A stretch of DNA of 64,000 nucleotides from an uncultured candidatus Porisulfidus sp. (GTDB lineage Bacteria > Pseudomonadota > Gammaproteobacteria > Poriferisulfidales > Poriferisulfidaceae). This document shows positions 21,016 to 30,726 of this stretch, one piece after another. Position numbers and translations under genes: made by a program. Numbering within the stretch: position 1 is the first letter of the stretch; every line of letters begins with the position of its first letter. Below the pieces are notes generated by a model. The model ran no database searches. It was not told the DNA's origin and was given only the letters and a program-made list of their open reading frames with translations. The DNA lies in contig CBDASZ010000002.1 in NCBI GenBank assembly GCA_965199755.1, positions 192,001-256,000 on the forward strand. Reading direction: 5' to 3'.

Positions 21016-21321
21016 TCAGAAACCCAGTTCTGTCTTACGTTCTTCGGCTCCGTCCAGCGGATCTATCTTCTCTTCAATCACCGGCAGATCCGGGGCGCGC
21101 TCGGCGTTGATGTCAACCCACTCCATCTTGTCATCCGGCAGGTCATCAATCTCGTAGATAGCCTCTACCGGGCATTCGGGAATACACGCGCTGCAATCAA
21201 TGCAGACATCTGGATCGATGTACAGCATCTCGTCGTCATAATGAAAGCAGGCCACCGGGCAAACCGCCACACAGTCGGTGAAGCGGCAACCCTTGCAGTT
21301 GTCGGTTACGATCGTGGTCAT
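21016..21321 (-). CDS. fdxA: 7Fe (FdxA-type) ferredoxin
   Basis: CKGCRFTDCVAVCP and CIDCSACIPECP. Confidence 0.92.
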   Translation of the reverse strand: MTTIVTDNCKGCRFTDCVAVCPVACFHYDDEMLYIDPDVCIDCSACIPECPVEAIYEIDDLPDDKMEWVDINAERAPDLPVIEEKIDPLDGAEERKTELGF

Positions 21322-21389
21322 GGAATCTCCTGAATTAAGTCACTGAACGCTTGTGCGCCACAGAAAGGTAGACAAATTATAGACGACAG

Positions 21390-22202
21390 CTACCGCGCGT
21401 CGTAAATCAATAGTTCGCCGCGAGTCTCCTCTATCGCGTCACCGCAGTACCGGCGGTAGTTTCCGCTCATCATCTCGTCACCAATCTCAAAGCCGCTTTG
21501 CCCAAGGTGGCACAAATAAAAGCGCAGGAAAATCGGCCGAAAGCGGCACGAATAACTGAAGCTCGGCAGGATGTCCATCGGCGTAAAAGAAACGATGCTG
21601 CCGCGCACCATGCCGGCACCGGCGCGAATACCCATACCGCCCATCACCACGATCGTGCCGGCGCGCATGTTGACGCCAGCAAAATCACCAGCCTGTCCGC
21701 CCACCGCAATCAGACCGCGGCGCATGGCCGAGCCCAATTCGTTTTTGACATTGCCGTGAATCAGGATCTCTCCGCCCTGCAGGCCGACGGTCTGGCCCCG
21801 GTACGCACTGCCGACCATATGTCCGGCGTCTCCCATCACGGTGATGCGCCCACCGGTCATTTCCGGTCCCACCCAGTCCGAAGCATCACCGGAGACCTGA
21901 ATCAGCCCTCCTGACATACCGGCTCCCAAGTGCATTCCCACTGAGCCATTCACACGCACTTCGCCTTCGCTCATGCCCGCGCCGATATATTTGACGCGAG
22001 ATAAATCACCTTCCAGATGCAACTGCAACTGTCCGTTGCCAGACACCTTGAAAAAGTCGCCCACCATCGCCTTCTCGTTGCCGTGCATGACTTCTAGATG
22101 CTCCACACCGGCTTGCGACAGCCCGGCGATACGTGCCGGTGACAAACATTCCGCTTCCAGTGGCACTTCCGGGCGGGTGATCAACTTCAATGCCGTGTGC
22201 AT
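21390..22202 (-). CDS. fwdC: formylmethanofuran dehydrogenase subunit C (FwdC/FhcC)
   Basis: GxxMxxG beta-helix repeats, GSAYRG, MRRG. Confidence 0.93.
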   Translation of the reverse strand: MHTALKLITRPEVPLEAECLSPARIAGLSQAGVEHLEVMHGNEKAMVGDFFKVSGNGQLQLHLEGDLSRVKYIGAGMSEGEVRVNGSVGMHLGAGMSGGLIQVSGDASDWVGPEMTGGRITVMGDAGHMVGSAYRGQTVGLQGGEILIHGNVKNELGSAMRRGLIAVGGQAGDFAGVNMRAGTIVVMGGMGIRAGAGMVRGSIVSFTPMDILPSFSYSCRFRPIFLRFYLCHLGQSGFEIGDEMMSGNYRRYCGDAIEETRGELLIYDAR

Positions 22203-22206
22203 AAGC

Positions 22207-23100
22207 CTACGCCCCTTTCAGCAGTTCGTGGAGCCCGAACTTGTACTGCCCAAGCGTGCCGCCGTAGTTGCCGGCACTGATGTAATCCGCGCCCTTGGTG
22301 GCCGCGGCGTGGATGCCGCGCTGCATCGCGTCCCGCAGCGCTTCTTCGTTCAGACCATTGACCACCACTTCGTAGACGGCGGTGATGCCCTCCGGCAGCG
22401 CGCTATCCTCCACGCGACCGCGCAAGGTTGGACAGTAGGCATGGTTGGTTGATGCAATCAGGCTCTTGTAGCGTGACCCCACCTTGCTGCCTGAACCCAC
22501 TACTCCATGCGGAAATGGCAGAAACACGCCCGCCACCTCACGCATCGCCTCAACCGCGCCGACCGCCGCGCGTAGCGCATTGCGGTGGCTGGTGCTCATC
22601 AGCAACAGGTTGCCGCCGCCAATCGTGGGCTGCACCCCGAACACATCGTCAACCAGAAACTCTCCGCCCATAATCGGAATGCGCCACATTCGCCGATCGC
22701 CAATCACCTTGGAGATCTGATGGCCATCGCCAAAAAATCGTAAGCGTTGTCCGACCGGTACCTGATTGTCACTCGCAAGCCCGTTGTAACAGGCCGTGGT
22801 GGGACAGGTCATCACGCTTTGTCCGATCCGCTCAACCAGACGCGCTGACATATCCTTTTCGCTCATGGTGAACAACAGTACGCTAACACCGGGGCGCAGA
22901 TCCGGCGTGTCCGTATCGGGCAGTTCGCATTCCACCGCCGCCTCGCACTTGCAGCGAATGACGGAGGTGGCAAATCCGGTGATCGATTGCGCCGCCGCCC
23001 GCGCCCAGTTCTTGGTCTCGGCGGTGATGATGACGCGCGAACCCCACATGCCGAAGGCTTCGGCAAAGGTATCGACGACTTCAGTCTTGCCAATATGCAT
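22207..23100 (-). CDS. ftr: formylmethanofuran:H4MPT formyltransferase (Ftr/FhcD)
   Basis: DTFAEAF, GFATSVI, RIGQSVMTCPTTA, FFGDG, SGSKVGS, SAGNYGG. Confidence 0.95.
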   Translation of the reverse strand: MHIGKTEVVDTFAEAFGMWGSRVIITAETKNWARAAAQSITGFATSVIRCKCEAAVECELPDTDTPDLRPGVSVLLFTMSEKDMSARLVERIGQSVMTCPTTACYNGLASDNQVPVGQRLRFFGDGHQISKVIGDRRMWRIPIMGGEFLVDDVFGVQPTIGGGNLLLMSTSHRNALRAAVGAVEAMREVAGVFLPFPHGVVGSGSKVGSRYKSLIASTNHAYCPTLRGRVEDSALPEGITAVYEVVVNGLNEEALRDAMQRGIHAAATKGADYISAGNYGGTLGQYKFGLHELLKGA

Positions 23101-24818
23101 CAGGACTTCTTCTTGGTGGTCTTGCGCGCCGGTTTCTTGCGCGCGGCGGGTTTGCGGGTCGCCTGCTGCGGTTGATGTGGCGGAATGACTTCGTCATGTT
23201 CGTGCAGGTAAGAGTCCTGCACCGCGTAATTGTTGAAACGAATGGAGTAGTAGGAATCGAAGAACGGACGCAACTGCTCCTCAATACTGTCATCGTATTG
23301 CGGCTGCGCGTACAGCAACTTGCCGGTGTGATCCGCCACGAACTCGTGATCCTCAATGATCACGCGGCCGTCCTTGATGACATAGCGCGGCGCGTCGAAC
23401 ATGCGCTCGCGATCCTCATCATCGGTATACAACGTGATGTCGGCATCCGCGCCCACTCCGAGATGCCCTTTGCGCTTAAGGCCCAGCGCGCGGGCCGGTG
23501 CGGCGCGCGTGATGATGGCAATCTCGTACAGGCTGTATTCACGTTCCAGTTGCGGCAGCAGCGTCTGGCTGATCGCTTTCTGGTTGACCGCACCCATCAT
23601 TTCCTTGCGGAAGCCATAATCCATGAGCAGGCGGATCAGACGCGGATAGGTGCGGAATGACGCGCCGTTGGGGTGATCAGTCGAGAACATGACCCGCCAC
23701 GGGTCTTGCGACAGCAGGAACAACTCCAGACCAATCGCCCACTGCATGGTGTGCGTGAAATTATCTTCCTGATAGGAAAACGGCATGATGCCGCAGCCGC
23801 TTTCGCACTCGGTGTCGGCGTTCACCCACTTGGTGTCCTTGTTGCGCAGCATCCACGCAAGCGGCGCATCCGCGGTCATCGCGGTGGCCCTGCCGAACAG
23901 CACACAGCCGATATCGGTGGTGATGTTTTCATGCGTGTTGATGTAGTCGATAATCGCCTCGGAGCCGGTTTTGACGCGCGAACCCGGCTCACCACCGTAA
24001 CTGTGGAACTGGATATGCGCCATGTGCACCCGACGGCCTTCGGCCGATTTCATGGTGTCGATCGTGGTCGCGATATTGCCGCTGTGTCCGAGATTGTTAC
24101 AGTGAATGTGCGTCGGATGCGGCAGATTCAATTCGTCCACTGCCTCAATGAATGCGGAGGTGATTTGCAGAGGCGTGAGTTCAAACGGATCAATGGTCTG
24201 GTTAACATTGGTGACATTTTCGTTGCGCTTGCCTTTCCAGAGTTCATCGCTGCCTGCATTCACCAGTTTGACGGCTGTGGCACGGGTTGCATTGACCCAC
24301 CAGCCGATCGCATCCTTGAAATCCTGCTTGCGGCCTTCCTTTAGCAGGTCGTACAGGAACATGTTGTTACCCAGCAGGATATAGAAGCCCTTGTCAATCA
24401 CGGGCGTGTCGTGAAATTCCTCGATCACGTGCCGCGCCGCCATCGGCGGCACCGCGGCATCAAAGGCAGTGGTGTAACCCAGCATCGCATAGCGGTAGCC
24501 GGTGGCGAAGGTCGAAGGCGTGATGCCGCCGACGCCTGAGCGCGTCACCTCAGTGCCCGGATGCACGTCAAGGCGATGATCTTCAGGCTGCAGTTTGCGC
24601 GACAAATTGACCTTGGGCCCGGCAATATGGCAGTGGATGTCAACCCCGCCGGGCATCACCACCATGCCATGCGCGTTGATCGAGCGCGCCTGCTTCGAGA
24701 CCTTGTCCGTGATACGCCCGTCGCGTACCAGTACTTCGCGTACTTCGCCGTCCACGCCGTTGGCCGGGTCGTACACCCGCCCACCGTGAATGCGCAGTTC
24801 CGTGCCGTTGCCCGCCAC
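23100..24818 (-). CDS. fwdA: formylmethanofuran dehydrogenase subunit A (amidohydrolase fold)
   Basis: PGGVDIHCHIAG, TGYRYA, KLVNAG, HIHCNNLG, HIQFHSY, TDHPNG. Confidence 0.95.
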   Translation of the reverse strand: MAGNGTELRIHGGRVYDPANGVDGEVREVLVRDGRITDKVSKQARSINAHGMVVMPGGVDIHCHIAGPKVNLSRKLQPEDHRLDVHPGTEVTRSGVGGITPSTFATGYRYAMLGYTTAFDAAVPPMAARHVIEEFHDTPVIDKGFYILLGNNMFLYDLLKEGRKQDFKDAIGWWVNATRATAVKLVNAGSDELWKGKRNENVTNVNQTIDPFELTPLQITSAFIEAVDELNLPHPTHIHCNNLGHSGNIATTIDTMKSAEGRRVHMAHIQFHSYGGEPGSRVKTGSEAIIDYINTHENITTDIGCVLFGRATAMTADAPLAWMLRNKDTKWVNADTECESGCGIMPFSYQEDNFTHTMQWAIGLELFLLSQDPWRVMFSTDHPNGASFRTYPRLIRLLMDYGFRKEMMGAVNQKAISQTLLPQLEREYSLYEIAIITRAAPARALGLKRKGHLGVGADADITLYTDDEDRERMFDAPRYVIKDGRVIIEDHEFVADHTGKLLYAQPQYDDSIEEQLRPFFDSYYSIRFNNYAVQDSYLHEHDEVIPPHQPQQATRKPAARKKPARKTTKKKS

Positions 24819-24841
24819 TTGTGATATCCCGGTGTCTGGTT

Positions 24842-26203
24842 TCAGGCGGCGACCGCAAGAGAGCCGTTCGCGCGCAGCGCACGAAGCCGATCGTAAATGC
24901 CTTGCAACACGGTCTCATCGCTCGGAAACGGTGAGTCGAAAGCCGGACGCAGCGTAATCGGCACATCGTCCATGCGATATACCGTGCCACCCGTGTTGAT
25001 CCCGTAAGTCGCCACCATAAACGCCACCTGGGCCTGACGGCTGGTGTAGGTGGGCTTGGCGTCCAGCGTGATCAGCGGTATCTTCTTCAAGTGCTCAATC
25101 GCGCGCTTGGGGAAGTTCGAAGCCGGATCGGTGGCAATCATCATGGCCGCATCCGCATCGCCGCGCGCCAGCAGATCCACCGTGGTAAACTCACCCGGAT
25201 TGAAGCGAGGATAGCCGCGATGGAAGTTGACGCCAAAGGGGTAGCCGGTTTGCCAGGACACCACATTGTCGGCACCGGTCACATTGCCGTGACCGCGCAC
25301 CGGCTTGGCGACAAAATGGGTATGCTCATTGAGATCATTGGCTAATGCCAGCAAGGCACCTGAATTGAAATGCCGCCCGCGCGTCATGGTCAGTCCCATG
25401 CCGAAAAACAACACGCCATAGTTGCAATTCTTCATGCGCTCCACCAGCGCCTCGACGGTCTCGCGCGACACACCGGTTATCTCCTCTATATCTCCTGATA
25501 CGCGCCGCCCGCGCACCAGCGCGCGCAAAATCCACAGTAACTCGAAGTCGCGTCCGGGACGCACCTGGATGAATTCATCGGCGACCGGCGCACTGGGGGT
25601 CTTGCGGACGTCCACCAGCACCACATGGCGGTCTTTCTTGCCGTTCGGGATATAGCGACCTTTCGGTGTCACCGCGTAGCGTGTGAAGTGTCTTGGGTGG
25701 GACTCGGCGGGATTGCCGCCCCAGTAAATCACCAAGTCGGCGCGATTCTTGATCTCGCCGAGGGTCGCGGTGCTCTCGCCGACGCCCTGGAAAGCGATGC
25801 CCGAGGGCCCATGGCAGACCGACGTGGTAGTGTCGATATTGCCGCGTACCAGATCATTGATGGCGACGGCGACGCGCTGCGCCTCGCATGGCGAATCACT
25901 CAGCCCGTAGGTGATCGGAAAGCGCGCCTCATGCAAAATGCGCGCCGCATCGTCCATGGCATCCTCAAGCGGGGCCTCGCGGCCGTTGATCATGGCCATC
26001 GGATGATCTTCGATACCGTGATTCAGAAACCAGGCACGGCCCAGAACGCACGCATTCTTGGCCTTGGTGATGCGCATCTCATCCAGATCCACGGTCAAAT
26101 CCATGTCGTCGCACACGCAACCGCAGAAGGTGCAGGTGGCATCCTCAACAATGCGAATGTTGGGCGGAGTCTCTTTGTCCGGGGCCTCTTTGGTCTCGCT
26201 CAT
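24842..26203 (-). CDS. fwdB: formylmethanofuran dehydrogenase subunit B (molybdo/tungstopterin subunit)
   Basis: CTFCGCVCDD...C 4Fe-4S motif, SVCHGPS, GEIKNRAD, WGGNPAESHPRH, RGHGNV, WQTGYPF, YRMDDVP. Confidence 0.93.
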   Translation of the reverse strand: MSETKEAPDKETPPNIRIVEDATCTFCGCVCDDMDLTVDLDEMRITKAKNACVLGRAWFLNHGIEDHPMAMINGREAPLEDAMDDAARILHEARFPITYGLSDSPCEAQRVAVAINDLVRGNIDTTTSVCHGPSGIAFQGVGESTATLGEIKNRADLVIYWGGNPAESHPRHFTRYAVTPKGRYIPNGKKDRHVVLVDVRKTPSAPVADEFIQVRPGRDFELLWILRALVRGRRVSGDIEEITGVSRETVEALVERMKNCNYGVLFFGMGLTMTRGRHFNSGALLALANDLNEHTHFVAKPVRGHGNVTGADNVVSWQTGYPFGVNFHRGYPRFNPGEFTTVDLLARGDADAAMMIATDPASNFPKRAIEHLKKIPLITLDAKPTYTSRQAQVAFMVATYGINTGGTVYRMDDVPITLRPAFDSPFPSDETVLQGIYDRLRALRANGSLAVAA

Positions 26204-26246
26204 GGTCTTTCCTCTGATAATGCGCGTACGGGATTGGGGAATAGGT

Positions 26247-26603
26247 TCAGGAAGAGGCACCGAGCACTTCAAGTTCGACCACCATATGCTTGGATAAGGG
26301 CATCCCACTACCCGCGGTGTCACTTTCCATTAACTCGCTCGACGATGGGCCGTACGGAATAAACGCCATGCCGTCCGGTAAATCCTCGTCCTTGCGCGGC
26401 TTGCCGCACACCACCTCGACCGTTCCGGTCGGGCAGGACAGGCGCACCTTGTCACCGACGCTCAGATCGAGCCGGGCCATCAGGCTCTCGTTCAACTCCA
26501 GCGTTGAGGTGACGGTCTGATACTCCTCCTTGAGCTTGCCTCCATTGAGGGAGGTGCCCTGCTTGTTCGACCGTCCTGGAATCAGGATCAACTGTTCGGG
26601 CAT
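26247..26603 (-). CDS. fwdD: FwdD-like molybdopterin dinucleotide-binding subunit
   Basis: LIPGRSNKQG, GMAFIPYGP, TAGSGMPLSK; lies directly upstream of fwdB. Confidence 0.88.
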   Translation of the reverse strand: MPEQLILIPGRSNKQGTSLNGGKLKEEYQTVTSTLELNESLMARLDLSVGDKVRLSCPTGTVEVVCGKPRKDEDLPDGMAFIPYGPSSSELMESDTAGSGMPLSKHMVVELEVLGASS

Positions 26604-26721
26604 GGCCACATCGTGCGGCTTCTGTAGGAAGCACGGATTATACAGGATACCCCGCAAGCGCTATAAGGATTGCAGGGTGTGGTGCGGGTGGGGATTTTCG
26701 ACTTGAACGGTGTCGGCAGCA

Positions 26722-26844
26722 CTGAAAGAATTGACCACTCTACCACTGCAGATTCAGATTGATCCGCGCACCACTACCATCGCTGTGGCTGGTAAACGCT
26801 TCCACACCCAGGTAGCGCAGAGGCTAGGCCGCCGGAAAGGCTAG
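26722..26844 (+). mobile_element. possible degenerate IscB (IS200/IS605) fragment
   Basis: LKELTTLPLQIQIDPRTTTIAV...VAQRLGRRKG resembles the IscB RuvC-I region (PLxLxIDPGSxTTGxA) and the start of the Arg-rich bridge helix; short and startless. Confidence 0.3.
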
Positions 26845-26865
26845 AAAGAGTGTCACGGGGGCTTG

Positions 26866-26879
26866 CCCCCCCCCCCCCC
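26866..26879. repeat. C14 homopolymer tract
   Basis: 14 consecutive C, preceded by GGGGG-CTTG. Confidence 0.9.
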
Positions 26880-26981
26880 TAATATGGATTGGCATTGCGC
26901 TCAGGGGGCTCATGCGTTGCAATTCCAACTGAATGATGTTTACGGCAAGTCCAGGTTTTCATATAGCATAAGACAGGCGCT

Positions 26982-27875
26982 TCAGTCCAGAGGCAGCAGA
27001 CGTTTCGGGCGCAAAAGACCTTCGGCATCTGCTTCGCCCAAACCCAGAAAATCCCCCTGCTCCGTATACAACCGAACTGGCCCGGACCGCCCAGAATCCA
27101 CCACCACGCGCCCTTCCTTTAACGCGCACCCCTCCTGCATCGTGCAGTGATATTGCGGCCAGTCGGGCAAGCCGTCTTCATCCGGCAGCAAGCGAGCCAT
27201 CCGCGCAGCCTCAGAAAGTGCCTCCAGATCATCCAGACGCATGGCCTGAGCCACATCGAATGGCCCCACCCGCAGGCGCCGCAAACTTCGAACATAGGCA
27301 CCACAGCCCAACGCCTCACCCAGATCCGCTCCCAGTGTCCGCACATACAATCCCTTGCTGGCGTCGACTTCAAGCTCCCATTCATCGCCGCGCGCCGTAT
27401 ACAATTCCAGACGCCGCACTTCCACTGTGCGCGGCTGACGCGCCACCACTTCGCCGCGCCGCGCCAAACGATACAGCCGCGTGCCGTCAATCTGCACCGC
27501 CGAATACATCGGCGGAATCTGCTGAATGGAGCCACGAAACCGCGCAAGCACAGCCTCAATTTCCGCAGCGCTCAACTCCGGCACCGGATTCGGTGAGGCT
27601 TGCTCCACCTCTCCTTCGCTGTCCTGCGTTGCGGTGCGCACACCCAAACACAACGTAAAACGATATGACTTCTGTGCGTCCAGCAAATAACCGCACCAGC
27701 GCGTGGTCGCCCCCACCGCGATCACCAGCAAACCCTCCGCCAAAGGATCCAGCGTGCCGGTATGCCCTACACGTTGCACTGAAAACAAACGCTTGACGCG
27801 CGCGACCACGCGCGCGGAACTCGGCCCGGATTCCTTGTCGAGCAGCAACCAGCCAGACGGTGTCTTCGCGGTCAC
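26982..27875 (-). CDS. truB: tRNA pseudouridine 55 synthase
   Basis: LLDK, GHTGTLDP, QIPPMYSA, SKGLYVRTL. Confidence 0.96.
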   Translation of the reverse strand: MTAKTPSGWLLLDKESGPSSARVVARVKRLFSVQRVGHTGTLDPLAEGLLVIAVGATTRWCGYLLDAQKSYRFTLCLGVRTATQDSEGEVEQASPNPVPELSAAEIEAVLARFRGSIQQIPPMYSAVQIDGTRLYRLARRGEVVARQPRTVEVRRLELYTARGDEWELEVDASKGLYVRTLGADLGEALGCGAYVRSLRRLRVGPFDVAQAMRLDDLEALSEAARMARLLPDEDGLPDWPQYHCTMQEGCALKEGRVVVDSGRSGPVRLYTEQGDFLGLGEADAEGLLRPKRLLPLD

Positions 27876-28240
27876 GAAGTCGGTGGCAGGGCGTCGCGCA
27901 GCAGACGTTCAATGCGCTGCGCGCGTTCAGCAGTCTCGTCGAGTACGAACTTCAACGTCGGGGTATTCCGCAAGCCACCACGTGCGGCCAGCAGGCTGCG
28001 CAAATACGTGCGACTGCTCTCCAGTCCCTGCTCCACCTCCGCTGCGCGGGTGACCGATGCGCCAAGCACATAAACCGTCGCATGACGCAAATCCGTGCTC
28101 AAAGACACTTCGGAAATACTCAACTGCTGCAGGCGCGGATCCTGAATGTCGCGCCTCAGCGCGGTCGCTAGCACCCGACGCACCACTTCCGCGACCGCGG
28201 CCGGGCGATGGCGTCGATGCTCAGGGACCTTGCCTTTCAT
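27872..28240 (-). CDS. rbfA: ribosome-binding factor A
   Basis: IQDPRL, LSTDLRHATVY, TPTLKFVLD; between infB and truB. Confidence 0.93.
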   Translation of the reverse strand: MKGKVPEHRRHRPAAVAEVVRRVLATALRRDIQDPRLQQLSISEVSLSTDLRHATVYVLGASVTRAAEVEQGLESSRTYLRSLLAARGGLRNTPTLKFVLDETAERAQRIERLLRDALPPTS

Positions 28241-28284
28241 GCTCCGATCCACTACAGGTTTCAGAGGGCGGATGGCGGACTGCG

Positions 28285-30717
28285 CTATAGCGTACGCGCC
28301 GTCTCCACCCGACGATAGACTTCGATCTGGTCGCGCACTTGTACGTCGTTGTACTTGGCGACGGCAATGCCGCATTCGGTGCCAGAAGCCACTTCTGTGA
28401 CATCATCCTTGTGCCGGCGCAGCGATTCCAGTTCGCCTTCATAGATCACCACTTCATCACGTAGCACCCGGATCGGATAGCCGCGCAATACAGACCCTTC
28501 GGTCACCCGACAGCCCGCCACTGTGCCCATCTTGCTGGAGGAATACACTTCCAGCACTTCGGCCAGTCCCACCATCTCCTCGCGTACTTCCGGCTGCAAC
28601 TGCCGCTCCAGCATCTGGCGAACATCATCAATCAACTCATAAATCACGCTGTAGTGCCGAAACTCCAGACCTCGATCGGAGATCATGCGTCGCGCCGCAG
28701 TGTCGGCGCGAACATTGAAGCCCAGCAGTGTGCTGCCTGAAGTCTCCGCCAGCGAGGTGTCCGACTGCGTGATGCCGCCGACCCCCACATGCACCAGATT
28801 CACTTCCGCCTCCTCCGTCGCCAGCGCCGCCAGCGACTCGCGCAAGGCCTCTGCGCTACCGCGCACATCCGCCTTGAGAATAATGTTGAGCGTCACCATA
28901 CCGGCCGCATTCATCTGATCAGGCCAGTCGAAATTAATCCCTGGCTGCTGTATCTCGCGCAGCGCACCGTTGCGCTGTTTGCGTCCTTCGGCAATCTCGC
29001 GGACTTTTGATTCATCCTTCAGCACGTGCATCGGGTCACCGGCCTGCGGTACTTTTGACAAGCCCAGCAACTGTACCGGCACCGAAGGCCCGGCCTGCTT
29101 GAGCGACTTGCCTGCATCATTGAGCATCACCCGCACGCGCCCGGATTCCTCACCGCACAAAATCAGATCGCGCGGCTTGAGACAACCGGCCTGCACCAGC
29201 ACTGTTGTCACCACGCCGCGACCGCGATCCAGACTGGACTCCACCACCACGCCGCGCGCCATACCACCCGCAGGTGCCTTCAATTCCAGCATTTCAGCCT
29301 GCAGCGAAATCGCCTCCAGCAAATCCTCAACGCCCTCGCCGGTCTTCGCCGACATGGGCACAAACACCGTGTCGCCGCCCCAGGTCTCATCCTGTACTTG
29401 CAGCGCCGCCAGTTCCTTGCGCACTCGATCAATATCCGCTTCCGTCTTGTCCATCTTGTTGACCGCCACAATGATCGGCACTTCCGCCGCACGTGCATGC
29501 TGCACCGCCTCTTCGGTTTGCGGCTTGACGCCGTCGTCCGCCGCCACTACCAACACGACAATGTCAGTGCTGTGCGCTCCACGCGAGCGCATCGCGGTAA
29601 ACGCGGCATGGCCCGGAGTGTCCAGAAATGTAATCTCCCCGTACGCCGTCTCAACTTGATAAGCGCCAATATGCTGGGTGATGCCGCCGGCTTCCCCCGC
29701 CACCACGCGGGTGTCACGGATATAGTCCAGCAATGATGTCTTGCCATGATCCACATGACCCATTACGGTCACTACGGGTGGGCGAGTCTGTGCCTCACCT
29801 TCCGGCACCGACAGTCGCTCCAGTTCCCCTTCCTCGTCTTCCGCCTGTACGCGAACCGCCTTGTGACCGAGCATCTCCACCACCAGTTCCGCCTGCTCCG
29901 GTGACACAATATCCTCCAGCGACACTTCCTCTTCCAGACTTTCCAGCGCCGACAGCACCTCGCTGGCCTTGACCGCCATCGCCTGCGCCAGTTTCACCAC
30001 CTGAATATCACCGCTCAGTAACACTTCGCGTGCCACCCGATCCTTCGGCCGCTCAAATTCATTGCGCTTGGCGACTTTTACCGGCGCGGTCTTCTTCACC
30101 CGCCGACGTCTGCGGCTGTCGTGCCCATCTTCGATTTCCAGCCGACCGCGCTGTTTGCGGTCCTGCTTCGCCGAGGCCTTCGCGGCGGGACGTCCCTTGC
30201 GCTGCTGTGCGCCAGAACGTTTGCCTGATGCCGGTTTCGCGTCACGTCGCTGTGTCCCCGCCTCAGATCGGGGCGGTGTCGGCTGTGCTTCGGCTTTGGG
30301 TGCCGAAGTCTCCTCCACCGGAGGAGCAATCTGTTCATCAGTACGCGCGGGAGTCTCCGGCTCCGCCTCTGGCTGCGGTGCCGTCTCCGCGGCCGGCTTA
30401 CGCGCCTCTTTGTCGCTCTGACCAGGGGGAGACAGTGATAACGGTGCCGGTCGCGCCTTGGTCTGACGTCCCTTGCGCCTCACCTTGACTAAATTGCGCC
30501 CACCGCCGGTGCGCGATACTTCAACCGGACCCGAACGTGCCGCAGTCTTGCGCGTCTTTTGCGCCCCTACCACCAGATAACTGCGCAGACGCTTCTTGTC
30601 GTCTTCGCTCAGCGTGTCGTCTTCACCGCTCTTGCTGAGTCCGGCCAAAGCGCACCACTCCAGGACTTCCTGGGGCGGCTTCTTCAGCGTCGCGGCAAAT
30701 TCGGCGATCGTTAGCAT
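28285..30717 (-). CDS. infB: translation initiation factor IF-2
   Basis: RPPVVTVMGHVDHGKT, GGITQHIGAY, DTPGH, NKMD. Confidence 0.98.
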   Translation of the reverse strand: MLTIAEFAATLKKPPQEVLEWCALAGLSKSGEDDTLSEDDKKRLRSYLVVGAQKTRKTAARSGPVEVSRTGGGRNLVKVRRKGRQTKARPAPLSLSPPGQSDKEARKPAAETAPQPEAEPETPARTDEQIAPPVEETSAPKAEAQPTPPRSEAGTQRRDAKPASGKRSGAQQRKGRPAAKASAKQDRKQRGRLEIEDGHDSRRRRRVKKTAPVKVAKRNEFERPKDRVAREVLLSGDIQVVKLAQAMAVKASEVLSALESLEEEVSLEDIVSPEQAELVVEMLGHKAVRVQAEDEEGELERLSVPEGEAQTRPPVVTVMGHVDHGKTSLLDYIRDTRVVAGEAGGITQHIGAYQVETAYGEITFLDTPGHAAFTAMRSRGAHSTDIVVLVVAADDGVKPQTEEAVQHARAAEVPIIVAVNKMDKTEADIDRVRKELAALQVQDETWGGDTVFVPMSAKTGEGVEDLLEAISLQAEMLELKAPAGGMARGVVVESSLDRGRGVVTTVLVQAGCLKPRDLILCGEESGRVRVMLNDAGKSLKQAGPSVPVQLLGLSKVPQAGDPMHVLKDESKVREIAEGRKQRNGALREIQQPGINFDWPDQMNAAGMVTLNIILKADVRGSAEALRESLAALATEEAEVNLVHVGVGGITQSDTSLAETSGSTLLGFNVRADTAARRMISDRGLEFRHYSVIYELIDDVRQMLERQLQPEVREEMVGLAEVLEVYSSSKMGTVAGCRVTEGSVLRGYPIRVLRDEVVIYEGELESLRRHKDDVTEVASGTECGIAVAKYNDVQVRDQIEVYRRVETARTL

Positions 30718-30726
30718 GGGTCGTCC

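Noticed and set aside
25800-25830. Selenocysteine in the FwdB active site
   Set aside because: The codon is TGC (Cys) and the frame is open
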